From Leucoraja ocellata (lineage: Eukaryota), in assembly GCA_036785375.1 (NCBI GenBank), contig JAWMAR010000026.1, forward strand, positions 7,998,001-8,062,000: 64,000 nucleotides of DNA. The letters run 5' to 3'. A model generated the notes under the pieces. It did no database searches. It was not told where the DNA came from and worked only from the letters and a program-made list of their open reading frames with translations. The position numbers were made by a program, and so were the translations under genes. This document shows, one piece after another, positions 25,048 through 38,427 of this stretch (position 1 is the first letter of the stretch; each line of letters starts with the position of its first letter).

Positions 25048-26049
25048 CTGAAAGTTATCACAATTTGTTATAATTATTACATCAATCAACATATTTCCAA
25101 AAATACACCACCGCTGCTAGTAATGAACATTGTAAATTGTAGCAAAATACCAATGCCTTTATTAATATGAAAAATGTTATTATATTAATATTATATTTTC
25201 TTCTGCGAAAGAACAAATTGATTCATTTATTGCTGCTCTGGGTTGTCCAGTGATCATTGGCTAAACATAAGACTATGCATTAGCATCAAGCCAAACAAAA
25301 TATACTGCTAAGTAGAGTGATTTAATTTCTTTTTAATGTTCTTGCATGGAAATAGTTGCTGAAGGCCTCATCTGCATCATTTCCCAATGTTGATCGAATT
25401 GAAAGTAAATGTTCTCTCTTGTGTCTTTAAATTCAACTAGCTAGGGTTTATTTGAACGGGGGCGCCTTCTCTTACTGGTCCCCGTTTTGTGCATTTATGT
25501 GTTATATTTTATTTATTTGGCCACAGACTAGTTTGCCAGCCTTCTGTCTGCACTTAATTAAAAGCTTACTTGGGATGTTTCCCTTTCATTAAGCTTCTCT
25601 GCTGTATCATCGAAAAATACAAGTGAGAGAAAAACATTTTCTATTTACCATTTTCTGATGGTTCTCAAATTTATCAGTTCAAACATTTTCCAATACCGAA
25701 TATCCTTACTTGTTTATTTGCCATTGAGAGCATCAAACTATTGTGCATGGTAACCAGGCCACAATTGGAAACTTATTTTATTATTACTGTCACGGAGTGG
25801 CCCATGGAAACACCAATTTCCATTCTAAATTTGACTTTACTTAGTATTGCACCACTGTCTACTTAGCCACCAGAACTGATTTTCCTGCCGACTTTCATTT
25901 AACATGAAACTCAATGAACAAAATTAAACTGTCCTTCCATCTTAACCCCACTGCTTAAAAATCACATCTTTAAACCTTCAAGTACAGACCCCGCATTCAA
26001 AACTTGGCATGGTAACAGTATCAGTAGTATCAAAAACCTATACAAGTTA

Positions 26050-26632
26050 NNNNNNNNNNNNNNNNNNNNNNNNNNNNNNNNNNNNNNNNNNNNNNNNNNN
26101 NNNNNNNNNNNNNNNNNNNNNNNNNNNNNNNNNNNNNNNNNNNNNNNNNNNNNNNNNNNNNNNNNNNNNNNNNNNNNNNNNNNNNNNNNNNNNNNNNNNN
26201 NNNNNNNNNNNNNNNNNNNNNNNNNNNNNNNNNNNNNNNNNNNNNNNNNNNNNNNNNNNNNNNNNNNNNNNNNNNNNNNNNNNNNNNNNNNNNNNNNNNN
26301 NNNNNNNNNNNNNNNNNNNNNNNNNNNNNNNNNNNNNNNNNNNNNNNNNNNNNNNNNNNNNNNNNNNNNNNNNNNNNNNNNNNNNNNNNNNNNNNNNNNN
26401 NNNNNNNNNNNNNNNNNNNNNNNNNNNNNNNNNNNNNNNNNNNNNNNNNNNNNNNNNNNNNNNNNNNNNNNNNNNNNNNNNNNNNNNNNNNNNNNNNNNN
26501 NNNNNNNNNNNNNNNNNNNNNNNNNNNNNNNNNNNNNNNNNNNNNNNNNNNNNNNNNNNNNNNNNNNNNNNNNNNNNNNNNNNNNNNNNNNNNNNNNNNN
26601 NNNNNNNNNNNNNNNNNNNNNNNNNNNNNNNN
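26050..26632. other. Assembly gap (N run) within gene C intron 5
   Basis: Run of N. Confidence 0.99.
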
Positions 26633-28912
26633 TTTGTGACCATCCTTTATTCTCTCTTCTCCAATATATGTTCCTACCATCTCCCCATGTAGCAAAACCG
26701 CAAAGATCAATCAGGCGAATGTTCCCTGCACTATTTCTATCACGGGTATATTCCAATTACAGTATAATTGGGTTCTGTATAACTGGAATCACGCGGTGCA
26801 CTGGTTGTTATTGCTCCAGATGAACTATCCGAGAGCGTTACCATCACCACGGGAAATATTATGGGCTGTATCGTAGGCTCATACATGTTAACTTGCTCAT
26901 AAATGACCTCCAGTCCATCTTAAATCACATCTGGGGTGTTATTCCGTTCCGCTTGCAAATTCTCAGAAATTCAAATAGTCCATCCCTGTTGGCAATTTCA
27001 CGACCGGATAGACTAAAGGTGTTGGATGACACCACAAAATGTTTAGTCCAACCGATTACCCTGAACATCAGTGGCATTGCGGTCACTGAATCCTCCAACA
27101 TCAACTCTTTAGTACTCATCATAGATCACAAATGCACGAGGATTAGCCTCATAAATAGTAGAGCTGCAAGAGTAGGCGGTGTATCCTGCGAAAAGCTACT
27201 CCAATCACTGACTCCGAAACAGTTTCTCATCGTCGAAGCATAATTTGAGCATGTGATAGAATGACTTTCATCTGGCTAGCTGAGTGCAGTTCCAGCAAAT
27301 GTTCCAATTCCAGACAACTGACACCATGCAGGTCAAATCGGTGCATTTGGTTACCAACCCAGCTACCGTAAGCAGTTATTCCCTTCACCAGTGTACTATT
27401 TACTACGTACACTGCAGCTATTCATCCCATCCATTGCATAAGCGCAAAGCAATCTTTTGATCTCCACTCCTAGAGAACAAAGTTTGAATGGGATCACTGC
27501 CACGTGTAGGTTCCTCTCCGAGTCATACACGTTCTTTACTTAGAAATTGGTTGCCAGTCCTCCCTCCTCGTTGTGTCTAAATCCCCCAAGCTTCTACACG
27601 AAGCAATATGACAGCACCTTTATCTGAAGCACGAGAGAGATTCAAGATTATGCCCTTTAATCACCACCTGAATTTCAGTTAGTGGTGTATTATGGATTAT
27701 AGCCTCGCTTATTCACGAAAAGTAAATTAAACTAAAGCAAAGGCCCTCAATTCTGCCGTTTCTATTAGATTTCCCCCCTTTTTGAGTGTATTTTGTTAAT
27801 TGCAATTAGACAAAGCTACGAACGAAGCACTCAGTTACATCTTGAAATTCCATTCAACTGTGATTCATTCGCTGCTCCGTGAAATGGCGCATGTTGCATA
27901 TACCTGGGTATATATTGTGCTCGGTTCTGCATATTTATCTTCGGCAGATCGCTTTGCATCAGCGATACGGAAATCACTGTAAACAATTGCTTCATTGGAT
28001 TCCAAATGCTTAGTCTAAAAAACAGTATTATGTTAGAATTATTTCCTACCAATCAAAATATTTTCCATAAATTTACCACAATAGTCAAAATTAAACATCG
28101 TACATTCCAGCAGCATGCCAAATTCGGATGAAAAAAGCTATCGGAAAAGGAATGTATCGACTTGCATAGACCTTGATGACTGGTCTCCTTGAGAGGCGTG
28201 CGTTTCTTTGACTGTGACGAGATCTTCCTATGATGGGGTGAGCTCAGTGAGATTTCAACAGACTGATAGACTGTCAAGTCTAGCGTATGCATTGGGTTAA
28301 ATTGAGGTAATTTCACTAAAATTTGGACGCATGAGAAGGCAGCCAGACAATTGTTTACAAATCCACGGTATAGGAGAGATATGATGGAGTCATGTAATTT
28401 CCCATTGATGTGAAACCCAGTACCAGGAACCATTGTAAAATAATACGGGAAAAACGATTTCAAACTGTAATGGGGACAGCGTTCTTCTCCAGGAGAGAAG
28501 AAAATCTATCTCACAAATCACTCGAATCCAAATTATGACATTTATTCAAAATGATGTGAACATTGTTATAATATGAGAGAGAAGTACAGCGCGAAACAAG
28601 TCTCAGGGATCAAGGGACAATGGGAGAAAGTATTGAACGACCAAGAAAGGTCGAAGGACCATGTCGCGTATTCCTTCTCCCAATTCTACGTTTCTATCGC
28701 CATGCTTCCATTAACAAACATCAAGTACACAGATGGGCCTGCAGTAGCTGTGTTTGCATTTGAAGGCATCACTGAGGAATTTCATGTTTCATGTTGCTCC
28801 AATTTCATCACGCGTTGACTTGGAGAATTTTGTAATTATCCAAACGAAGGTAATAATTGGGAGGGTGTCCGAGTGCTGTTTGAACGTCTCTGCAGTATTA
28901 TACATGTCTTAC

Positions 28913-28956
28913 CTTCGTTGTATGCCCTGCACGTCCTTTCGATTTTCTGCACGTCC
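28913..28956 (-). CDS. Gene C exon 5: short cytoplasmic exon (GTCRKSKGRAGHTTK)
   Basis: Acceptor cctcactctag|, donor AAG|gtaaga, 44 bp, phase 1 to 0. Confidence 0.72.
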
Positions 28957-29616
28957 CTAGAGTGAGGCAATTTTGAATACAAAACTTTTGACCATTACAA
29001 AGAATCGTAGTAGCCAGTAAATCTGGCAGCATATACATTTTTTTAAAACTTTTGAGTTTGTATACATGTATGTAGTAAAACTAATATCACGATACCAATT
29101 GTTAAAAATCTACAGGATATTAGTCCTCTTCGAGTCGGAGCACATTCAATTACAGAATGTGTTTCTGCATCACCGACCCATTTTTCACACTCAACCCCTT
29201 ATCCCACAACCTGCCCCAAAACACCAAGCATCTATCCTGCATGAACAAATCGGTGACTAACTCAAAAGTTAGCTTCCGAGAAACGATGCACTCAGTGAGA
29301 TGGGGCGTATGTACCACAGACTAGCTAACGCATGCAGTGTCCGATCCAATATAACTCTCCAATATTATTTTCTCCTGCATCTCCGTTTCTTCCCACTCTC
29401 CAAAGACGTACAGATTTGTAGATTAAATGGTTTGGTATAACTGTAAATTGTCCCTAGTGTGTGTACGATAGTGTGACTATGACGGGGTCGCTGGTCGGCG
29501 CCGACTCGGTGGGCCGAATCACCTGTTTCCGAGCTGTATTTCTAACTAAAGTATTGCTGAATTTTGATTGGTTAATTTTATAACAATCTCGAGATCAAAA
29601 AGTTTAGGAGCCTTAC

Positions 29617-29715
29617 CTTTCCGTTTCACAATGAAAATAATGATTATGAGAGGTATCAATCCTGCTCCGATGCAACCAAAAATCCAGTTATGAAATGGAT
29701 TATCGGGTAATGGAA
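29617..29715 (-). CDS. Gene C exon 4: transmembrane exon (VPLPDNPFHNWIFGCIGAGLIPLIIIIFIVKRK)
   Basis: Acceptor ttgtttacag|, donor G|gtaagg, 99 bp, phase 1-1. Uncharged TM followed by KRK. Confidence 0.85.
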
Positions 29716-31256
29716 CTGTAAACAATAAAATAATGACCAGTTGTAATATATTTATAGTGTTAATAATAGGGCAGGCTGCCATTTCAAAAGCATAATTCTG
29801 TCTTTGTTTATATCGAGTTGACGTCGACGGGAATAAACACACATGAACATTGCCCATGAACGCAGTTGCTGTCTTTTTCATTTTTGTCTCATGCTAGTTG
29901 TGTGTAAATAACATATGATCAAAGAATCATTGAGGTGCAGAAGAACCAAATATTTGCCTGCAACCAATTCTAAACAGTATATAAGTATGTAGCTTGGATA
30001 GGTCGCAGAGCGTAACAAGTAGTGATTTATAGCTGTGTCGGTACAACAAGACATTTTGTGGAATGTCTACGAATGGGAAGGGATAAAGAGTTATATACTC
30101 TTCACCTTGTGATTCAACAGTGTGGCTGGAAAAAAATCTCCACCGTCATTACGTTTATTGGCGGCCCTGGTGTGCTCGAGGCAGAATTATAGACGATGCA
30201 GTATTCATGGAATATTGGGAATGTAATTAAGGAAGTTGAAATTTGCTGTGAAATCCGATCCCAAATAAAATTAATTTCAAGAGAGTGGTAGGAAAATCGA
30301 AGGTAGATTTCGCTCGCTGTGACTGAACAGTGGAAATACCATTCGTGACAAATGATGTGCTGTACAACACAGAAACACATAATCATTTGTTTTTTAAATC
30401 CAGAGTATCGATGGAACCCGATTTTTTGGAACCGTCCATTCTAATGATGTGCATGACCTTGTAGTCTACTTCCAAAGGCGAATTGATGTCCGCTGTATTC
30501 AGGATGGCACGGCGACCATCGAAAATCCATACAGAACACAGACGAAAATGCTCCTTTGACTTAGAATATCAGTGAGCAACCTGGAGGGGTTAGGCATGGC
30601 AGCAGATTCACGCTATCTTCCTCAAACACAAGAAACATTCCATGAATGATTTTATTGATTTGCGGTAATGATTCGATTAAATTTGTCAAGAGGCCCATTA
30701 ACACGTAAAATATGCAATGGTTTGGGACGGCACAACGCGCAACTCTAGTGAAAGGACGCGCACATATCACTTTCTGGCCTGTCTTTTGATTTTACTTCAA
30801 ATGCATCAAATGGCAACTTACATGGGTCAGCTTTTATGTTTGGTTACAAGTTTTGTAAGAACCATAAACTGATTACTGCACTGAATCTTATTCCACCCAC
30901 GCTTTCCCATCCGATAATTGAAGAGCAACATCCTATATCCAGCTTTTTCTCTGTAAAACTCTCTTCATTACTTCGTATGCCTTCTTGAAAGCTTGTTTAT
31001 TGATTAGTTGACTGGTTTCATTCTATGAGCGACAGCATTAATAACCAACATTTTGATTGAAGCTTTGTCGAATCTTTTTAATTCAAAACTCTTCATTGAC
31101 GTCAGCTACTGCAATCATTCCTCAAAATGTCTTGTTACCTCTTTACAAAATAAGTCTATCCAATATTTAGACAAACGCGAATTAATGATATAACTCTTAT
31201 AAGAAGGAGGTACAGATGTTTGATAAAACCGAAGATAGACACAAAAAAACTGCAGT

Positions 31257-32268
31257 AACCATATAACCATATAACAATTACAGCACGGAAACAGGCCATC
31301 TCGGCCCTACAAGTCCATGCCGAACAACATTTTACCCTTAGTCCCACCTGCCTGCACTCATACCATAACCCTCCATTCCCTTCTCATCCATATGCCTATC
31401 CAATGTATTTTTAAATGATATCAACGAACCTGCCTCCACCACTTCCACTGGAAGCTCATTCCACACCGCTACCACTCTCTGAGTAAAGAAGTTCCCCCTC
31501 ATGTTACCCCTAAACGTCTGTCCCTTAATTCTGAAGGCATGTCCTCTTGTTTGAATCTTCCCTATTCTCAAAGGGAAAAGCTTGTCCACATCAACTCTGT
31601 CTATCCCTCTCATCATTTTAAAGACCTCTATCAAGTCCCCCCTTAACCTTCTGCGCTCCAGAGAATAAAGACCTAACTTATTCAACCTTTCTCTGTAACT
31701 TAGTTGTTGAAACCCAGGCAATATTCTAGTAAATCTCCTCTGTACTCTCTCTATTTTGTTGACATCCTTCCTATAATTGGGCGACCAAAATTGTACACCA
31801 TACTCCAGATTTGGTCTCACCAATGCCTTGTACAATTTTAACATTACATCCCAGCTTCTATACTCAATGCTCTGATTTATAAAGGCTAGCATACCAAAAG
31901 CTTTCTTTACCACCCTATCTATATGAGATTCCACCTTCAAGGAACTTTGCACGGTTATTCCCAGATCCCTCTGTTCAACTGTATTCTTCAATTCCCTACC
32001 ATTTACCATGTACGTCCTATTTTGATTTGTCCTCCCAAGGTGTAGCACTTCACATTTATCAGCATTAAACTCCATCTGCCATCTTTCAGCCCATTCTTCC
32101 AAATGGCCTAAATTACTCTGTAGACTTTGGAAATCCTCTTCGTTATCCACAACACCCCCTATCTTGGTATTATCTGCATACTTACTAATCCAATTTACCA
32201 ACCCTTCATCCAGATCATTGATGTACATGACAAACAACGAAGGACCCAACACAGATCCTGAGGCACCC
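31257..32268 (-). mobile_element. CR1 LINE 3' portion nested inside a Penelope hairpin (gene C intron 3)
   Basis: Open RT C-terminus (SVLGPSLF, KYADN, RPNLEYGVQFWSP) with an (ATATGGTT)n tail. Hairpin halves at about 31222-31260 and 32269-32415. Confidence 0.88.
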
Positions 32269-33559
32269 CAGCGGAACAGGCAGCATCTCTGGAGAGAAGG
32301 AATGGATGACGTTTCGGGTCGGGATGAAGAAAGGTCTCGACCCGAAACGTCACCCATTCCTTCGCTCCGGAGACGCTGTCTTTCCCGCTGAGTTACTCCA
32401 GCTTTTTGTCTATCTTTAATTTTATAACTTGGTTGTTAGATTTTCTCCATTATATACAAGAGTTTCCAATGTACAAGCAATGCCCATTATTCGGGCAGGA
32501 AACAGCGTGTCCTCAAAATATTCGCAAAAATTCTGTCATTGATTTTCTAAAGCAGTTATTTTTCTTAATTTTGCCAATGGTAGATCAGGCCAAGATATAC
32601 GTCTCCCCCCCCCCCCCCCCCCACCGATGTTGAGCGTCTACTACTCTCAACAGTCAACGAATGTCGTGAAATGCTCCCCACCTATTGGCACAAGGGACTT
32701 CTTAACATCTTGTCCTGTGTACTTGATTCAGGTCACCATGACAAAATAAATGTTCAAATGTCTCAGAGAATCTATTAAATTGAAACCATTTGATGGATTC
32801 GTTTACGCGTGGGCGGAACCTGCCATCTTTTTGCAAAGTACATTGGAATTCATTGCAAATTGAATTCTAACAAATAGTGTCAGTGATCTTGGAATTGCGG
32901 ACCATCATTCATTTTAAAATGTCAATTATAACCAATGCTGCGAAATCTGCATGCTTGGGATTAAGGCTCGATGTAAAAAGTAAAATATGGAGAGGATAAA
33001 GGATCAAGAATAATGGCAATTAAGAGAAGGACACACAGCAGTACTTCGTGAAATGGTGTCATCCACCGCCCCCTTTACCTCGACAGGTTTAAAAATCCTT
33101 CAACAGGCATGAGTGAATCACTTGTAAAGTTTAAAGAATCTCGCTGGGTGCTGATCGGCTTGATCGCATGGGGAGAATAAATTCCAGTGCAAATCTGGAG
33201 GAATCCATTGGAAGGGTAAATTACAGACCGGGTGAATCCAACGTAATATGGCAGGAGGTTATTTGCACCATAGGCGAGGCCATATGAAGAATGTATAAGT
33301 ACGTGATGTATGGCGGGGAAGGAAGCGCGCAGTTTCAACAAAGCAAGCTCTTGCAAATTACAATGCGATCATTTCTGTTTTCGTAGTTGTCTTGGCTAAT
33401 CAATAATTATTGTCTATCCATTAAGATATGCTGGAAAATCTTGGAGTTTTAACTGTAGATTCCATTGTAGACGGCTAAGGGAAATATACAAGGCTGGTTG
33501 GGAAGCATAGTAACATGGGGAATGGTTCGTCAGTGAAAGGGAATTTATTGAAGAGTATA

Positions 33560-34420
33560 ATTCAGGATTGGATTTATTGGCAGAAAATTGATTAATTACG
33601 GTCAGTCACCTTGGCTTAGTCCACGGCAGGACAGGCTGATCCAGAAAATTGAGATGGATCGGATTCAGGGTGACTTGGTGGTATGGATTCAGAACTGGCT
33701 TACTCAAACAAGACAGAGTGTTGAGGTAGAAGAGTGTTATTATGGTTGGATCTCTGTGATAAGTGCACTTCTACCAGGATCAATGTTTGTGATTTCTATA
33801 TGAATGACTTGGATGTAAACGTAGATGAGTTCATGCGTATGTTTGCAAACGATGCCAAAATGGGTGAAGTTGCGGACATCCAGCAGGGCTGTCAAAGGAT
33901 ACAGTGGAAATATATATCAGCTGCAGAAATTGGTGGACAAATGACAGATGGAGTTTTATCCGAGGTAGCGTGAGGTGTAGCACTTTAGGAGGTCGAATGT
34001 AGGATGGACGCATACAGTAAACAGCATTGATGTACAAACGGGTCTTGGCTCCGTCGACAGCTCCGTCCATTATCAGCGCCACAATGCTGCCTTTAACCAG
34101 GATGCTGTCTAGATTAGAGGGTATTTGGTACACGGAGAGGTTAGAACAGATTTGATTGTCTTTTCCAGAGCAGTGCAGGCTGAAAGGATTCTGGATGGAA
34201 GTATATAAAATTATGAGTGGCACAACTGGTCAGAGCCTTTGTTGGTGTAAAAACGACTAGAGTAGGTTTAGGTTAGATGGACAAGTTTAAAGAAGAGATG
34301 CCGGGCAAGTGCTATGCACAGAGCGTGGTTGGTGCCTGGAATGTGCTGCCAGACGTGGTAGTGGATAAAGATACCAAGATACAAAGGAACAATAATGACA
34401 TTTAAGAGGTTTTTACGGAA
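33560..34420 (+). mobile_element. Old degenerate CR1 fragment
   Basis: WIQNWL, NDLD, FAND remnants. Confidence 0.7.
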
Positions 34421-35213
34421 TGCAAAAGGTCGACCTGAATAACTTTAGGAGGCGTGGATATGGTAGACCATCAGATTCATTCTCCAGGGCTTGACATTAT
34501 CATTCTTAGACTGCATAGCTATACGCTGAGATGGGGAAGGTTTCTTGGAGATGTGCGGGGCAAGACTTTTACTAAGTGTATTGAGATCCTGGGACGGATT
34601 GCGAGGGGTGGTGGTGGAGACAGACACTGTAGTGGCGTTTAGGAGGCTGTTAGACAGGCACACGAGGAAGGATCGTGACCCAAAACGTCACCCATTCCTT
34701 CTATCCAGAGATGCTGTCTGTCACGCTGAGTTATTCGAGCATTTTGTGTCTATCTTTGGTGTAAACCAGCATCTGCAGTTGGCAGATGGAATCGAGGGAT
34801 ATGGATCATCTACAGGCAGATGAGACATCATGTCGTGTGCAATCATTGTCGGATGAAGGGCCCTCTCCTGTGCGGTACTATTGTATGTTTTACGTTCAGC
34901 CTCCTGTACACTAGGGGGGGGGGGGGGGGGGGGAGGCCCAGCCAACCACCTCTGTCTCTCAGTAAGTCAAATTACTCCTGACCTTACCATAGCGTGGTGT
35001 TTTGACACGAAAATATACTTTCATGAGTATAACGTTCATGAGACACACACAAGTATGGACATTTGTCCCAACATCGCCAATTGTTGTGGTACACACGTGT
35101 CAACGGTTACACAACGGTGCTAAATGGACAATATGGTTTATTAACCACACCTTATCCTGAGGTAATAATGGATATGTGGCCAAATTGCATTGAAAATGTA
35201 TCGTTATTCTTAC

Positions 35214-35516
35214 CTCGACTGTAGAAAGTATAACTGATATTGGTTGGATTCGGAAGAGAAATATGAGACACCTGGCAGGTATAAACTGTCCCGCTCTCCA
35301 CATCGTCTGTCTCGGTCAGGCAGCTCCAAGCTTCGTACAGTCCTGCTGATGTCTGCGTTTTGTTTGGCTCAATCTTCTGTATAATATCTGACCCATTTTT
35401 GTACCAGGTAATATTCAGATCAAGAGGAAAGAACGTTGCTGTTTTACAAACGAGAATCAGAGTAACCGATGTGTTCTCCGGCAGCATGGTGGTCAAGCTC
35501 AGAGGAGTTGGGGGGT
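35214..35516 (-). CDS. Gene C exon 3: C1-set Ig domain
   Basis: Acceptor ttttattttccag|, donor G|gtaaga, 303 bp. LVCKTATFFPLDLNITW, GLY, YTCQVSH. Confidence 0.92.
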
Positions 35517-36572
35517 CTGGAAAATAAAACGATTCTTTTAAATTTCACCAGTCCCGTAATTTTCGTGACGAATCAAATTTCATTGCAACCTCGAAAACAA
35601 TCTTAATTGAATTATATTTGTTTTCAGCCTGGTTTTATAACCAATGCACTTACAGTGAGTTCAAACTGTTAAGTATTTTCCTTGTTGTGGTATTATCTAA
35701 CGACTAATTTCCTTCCTTTTAATCCTCGTTGTCGTATGCCTTGATTTTACAATTGTGGTATATTGTACAACAACTTACTTCATAAATATGGCGTTTCCGC
35801 TACTACTCGCAGCGCATGTAAATGATGCGTTCCGCTCTGTGCAGGGACATTCGGAGCCAAAGCATTAACTTGTTTTTTTTTAATCGTGTTCGCGATTTTG
35901 ATTATAATTTTGTGTTAATTGTACAAAATGTAATCAATAATAACAGCTCGACTATCCAAATTTTACAAATAAATTCTTTCTCGTTGTTCAAATAACTAAC
36001 TCGGGCAGAAGGTTTATTCAGAAGTAACTTGAGGTTAAAAAAAAAGCTTTAATTTACAAGGTCAGAAAAATGTGAGAAAACATATTGTACATCTGGACCA
36101 GAGGGAACAGCTCGCTATTTAGAGTTCCATTAAGCACAGAAGAAAGTGTTGCATTACTTCGAGCACAATTATCCCAGCACCATCACGTTGCCTTAAGAAT
36201 TTTGGATGGTATGTAAAGGCCTCTGAGACGATATCAATGACATTCATTCATGAAAATGTCACTACCCCATCCATTTACAATAGCTCGACAGTGATAAGCT
36301 TCTGCGTAAACCGCCCAAAATGTAGGCTGGTGATTCAAACTACAAGTACATTTGCACCATTTAAAAACAAACCGTTTTCAATATCTACATGATCTTAATT
36401 TTATTTCCATTGCTGCTATCGCTACAACCATAAGTGGAAAGTTAACGGAAAATATATGTTAATGTAACAATGTGTAGGAAGGAACTAGAGATGCTGGTTT
36501 AAGCCGAAGGTAGACATAAAAAGCTGTAGTAACCAGCGGGTCAGACAACATCTCTGGATAAAATGAGTAGTT

Positions 36573-36600
36573 GACGTTTCGGGTCGAGACCCTTCTTCAG
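36573..36600 (-). ncRNA. Minimal hammerhead ribozyme core (Penelope type)
   Basis: Minus strand reads CTGAAGA-A-GGGTCTCGACCC-GAAAC-GTC. Helix I is imperfect. Confidence 0.5.
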
Positions 36601-37583
36601 ACTAAATGTAACAATACAGATCTTTATCCCTCAATGACTGACTCGCTTCACGGCTCCTATATAATTTCAAATGGCATCCGGAACAATCAGAAATGTGACC
36701 AAACTTATACTACGGATCAACATGGTACCAATTGAGCAAGTGCAAAGGAAGTTCACCAGAATGTTGACTGAAATAGAGGGGCTAGTTATAACGAGACACA
36801 GATGATGAATAAAAAATGAGACATTTGGTGAACTTGGTTTATTCTCAGTAGAACATAGGAGGCAGAAGAGTAACCTTGTAAAAGGTTATTTTTTTAAATA
36901 TCGGGGCCACACAGACGGAGTCCCCCCCCCTGCGTGGAATCACGCACTGTGAGGCACGGTTTTTAGGTAAAAGTGGAAAATGTAAACGAGGAAGGTTTGC
37001 ACACTTGGAACATCTGCCACAGAAGAGGGTGCAGTACAATAATAACATTTAAATCGCGTTAGACTGGTAATTACTGAGAAGCGTTATAGAGGGATATGGT
37101 CCTAATGCAGGCAAACGCCATCAACATATATAAGTAGCACGGTCGGCAGAGACGACGTGGGCAGAACGGGCCAGTTGTTGTGTTGTATGATTCTATAATT
37201 CTGTAATTCCTTACAATTTAGATAAAAAAAATATGACAGGTCCAAAGAAATCAATTAAAAAATCTCCTTGATCAGTACCACACTCGGAACCCTGCATACT
37301 TTCACTCTCAACTACCTGTATCGTGTGTTGTTGGTTTCAGTAACAACCTTCCCTCGGCGTTGAAGCAATTCTAAACTATACGCGAAAGGTGTTTTAATTC
37401 TGTCAAGCAGAAGGTGTGGAAGGCATCATTTACTCTCTCAATAAGTCTATTCGGATTCGTTGGTAATTGCGTCAAAAATACTATCTAACCCATCACAAAA
37501 ATCATATTATTTCAAAGCACACAGATGATGTAGAAAGCGCAATTTCTTTAACTTGATTGAGCTAATCGCTTTTAGTTGGTGAA

Positions 37584-37902
37584 TAGACAGTAGACAGTAT
37601 GTGCAGGAGTTAGCCATTCGGCCATTTGAGCCAGCACCGCCATTCAATGTGATCACGGCTGATCATCTCCAATCAGTACCTCGTTTCTGCCTTCTCCCCA
37701 TATCCCCTGACTGCTATCTTTAAGAGCCATATCTTGCTCTCTCTTGAAAGCATCCAGAGGACCGGCCTCCACCACCCTCTGAGGCAGAGAATTCCACAGA
37801 CTCACAACTCTCTGTGTGAAAAAGTATTTCTTCGTCTCCGTTCTAAATGGCTTACTCTTTATTCTTAAACTGTGGTCCCTGGTTCTGTTTTCCTCCAACA
37901 GT
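37584..37902 (-). mobile_element. Short CR1 3' end inserted just downstream of the gene C V exon
   Basis: FFTQRVVSLWNSLP plus CR1 3' UTR. Absent at the paralogous site (about 960). Confidence 0.88.
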
Positions 37903-37944
37903 TGAAGTTAACCGATCTGGCTCACTCCTCTCCCCGAAACTCAC

Positions 37945-38256
37945 CGTAAACTACCAGCTTTGTACCAGTCCCGTTTAAAACTTTGGAACGTGTCAAGCTG
38001 CAGAAATAGAGCCCGGCGTCCTTCACTGTCACGTCCTCCACCCGTAAAACAGCGCTTCCCCCTCTCAGGAAATAAAACTGGATTCGTCTATCTGCACTTT
38101 CATCCAGGAATCTATTATCCCCATCTCTCCACCAATGCACTGTGTACAGCTTGTTGTCTGAGAAGATTGGATAAATGCAGTAAAGCACTGCCGAGTCACC
38201 CCGCATCAAAACTGCTTCTGGAACTTGTGTTACGGTCAACGGACCATCGCCACCAG
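37945..38256 (-). CDS. Gene C exon 2: V-set Ig domain (VJ-type)
   Basis: 312 bp, canonical AG/GT. 8 nt differences from the gene A V exon by manual count. DAGLYFC and NGTGTKLVV present. Confidence 0.92.
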
Positions 38257-38427
38257 CTGTCGGGAAACGAAAAATCAAACTATAAGGTTTAGGATTAAAG
38301 CGAGGTATTGACCAAATTAATTGAAAATTGCACGAAAGGAGAAAATAAATAAAGATAAAGGATCAGCAAACATATAAATTGATAATTAACTTTCGGTCGG
38401 ACTGTCTATAGCAAGAGTAAAATATAC

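Noticed and set aside
25962-26756. Long ORFs spanning N runs
   Set aside because: Artefacts of assembly gaps. The gap could hide a small gene C exon, but phases are already consistent without one.
31338-32357. 339-aa ORF as a host gene
   Set aside because: Chimera of a Penelope hairpin and a truncated CR1 RT.
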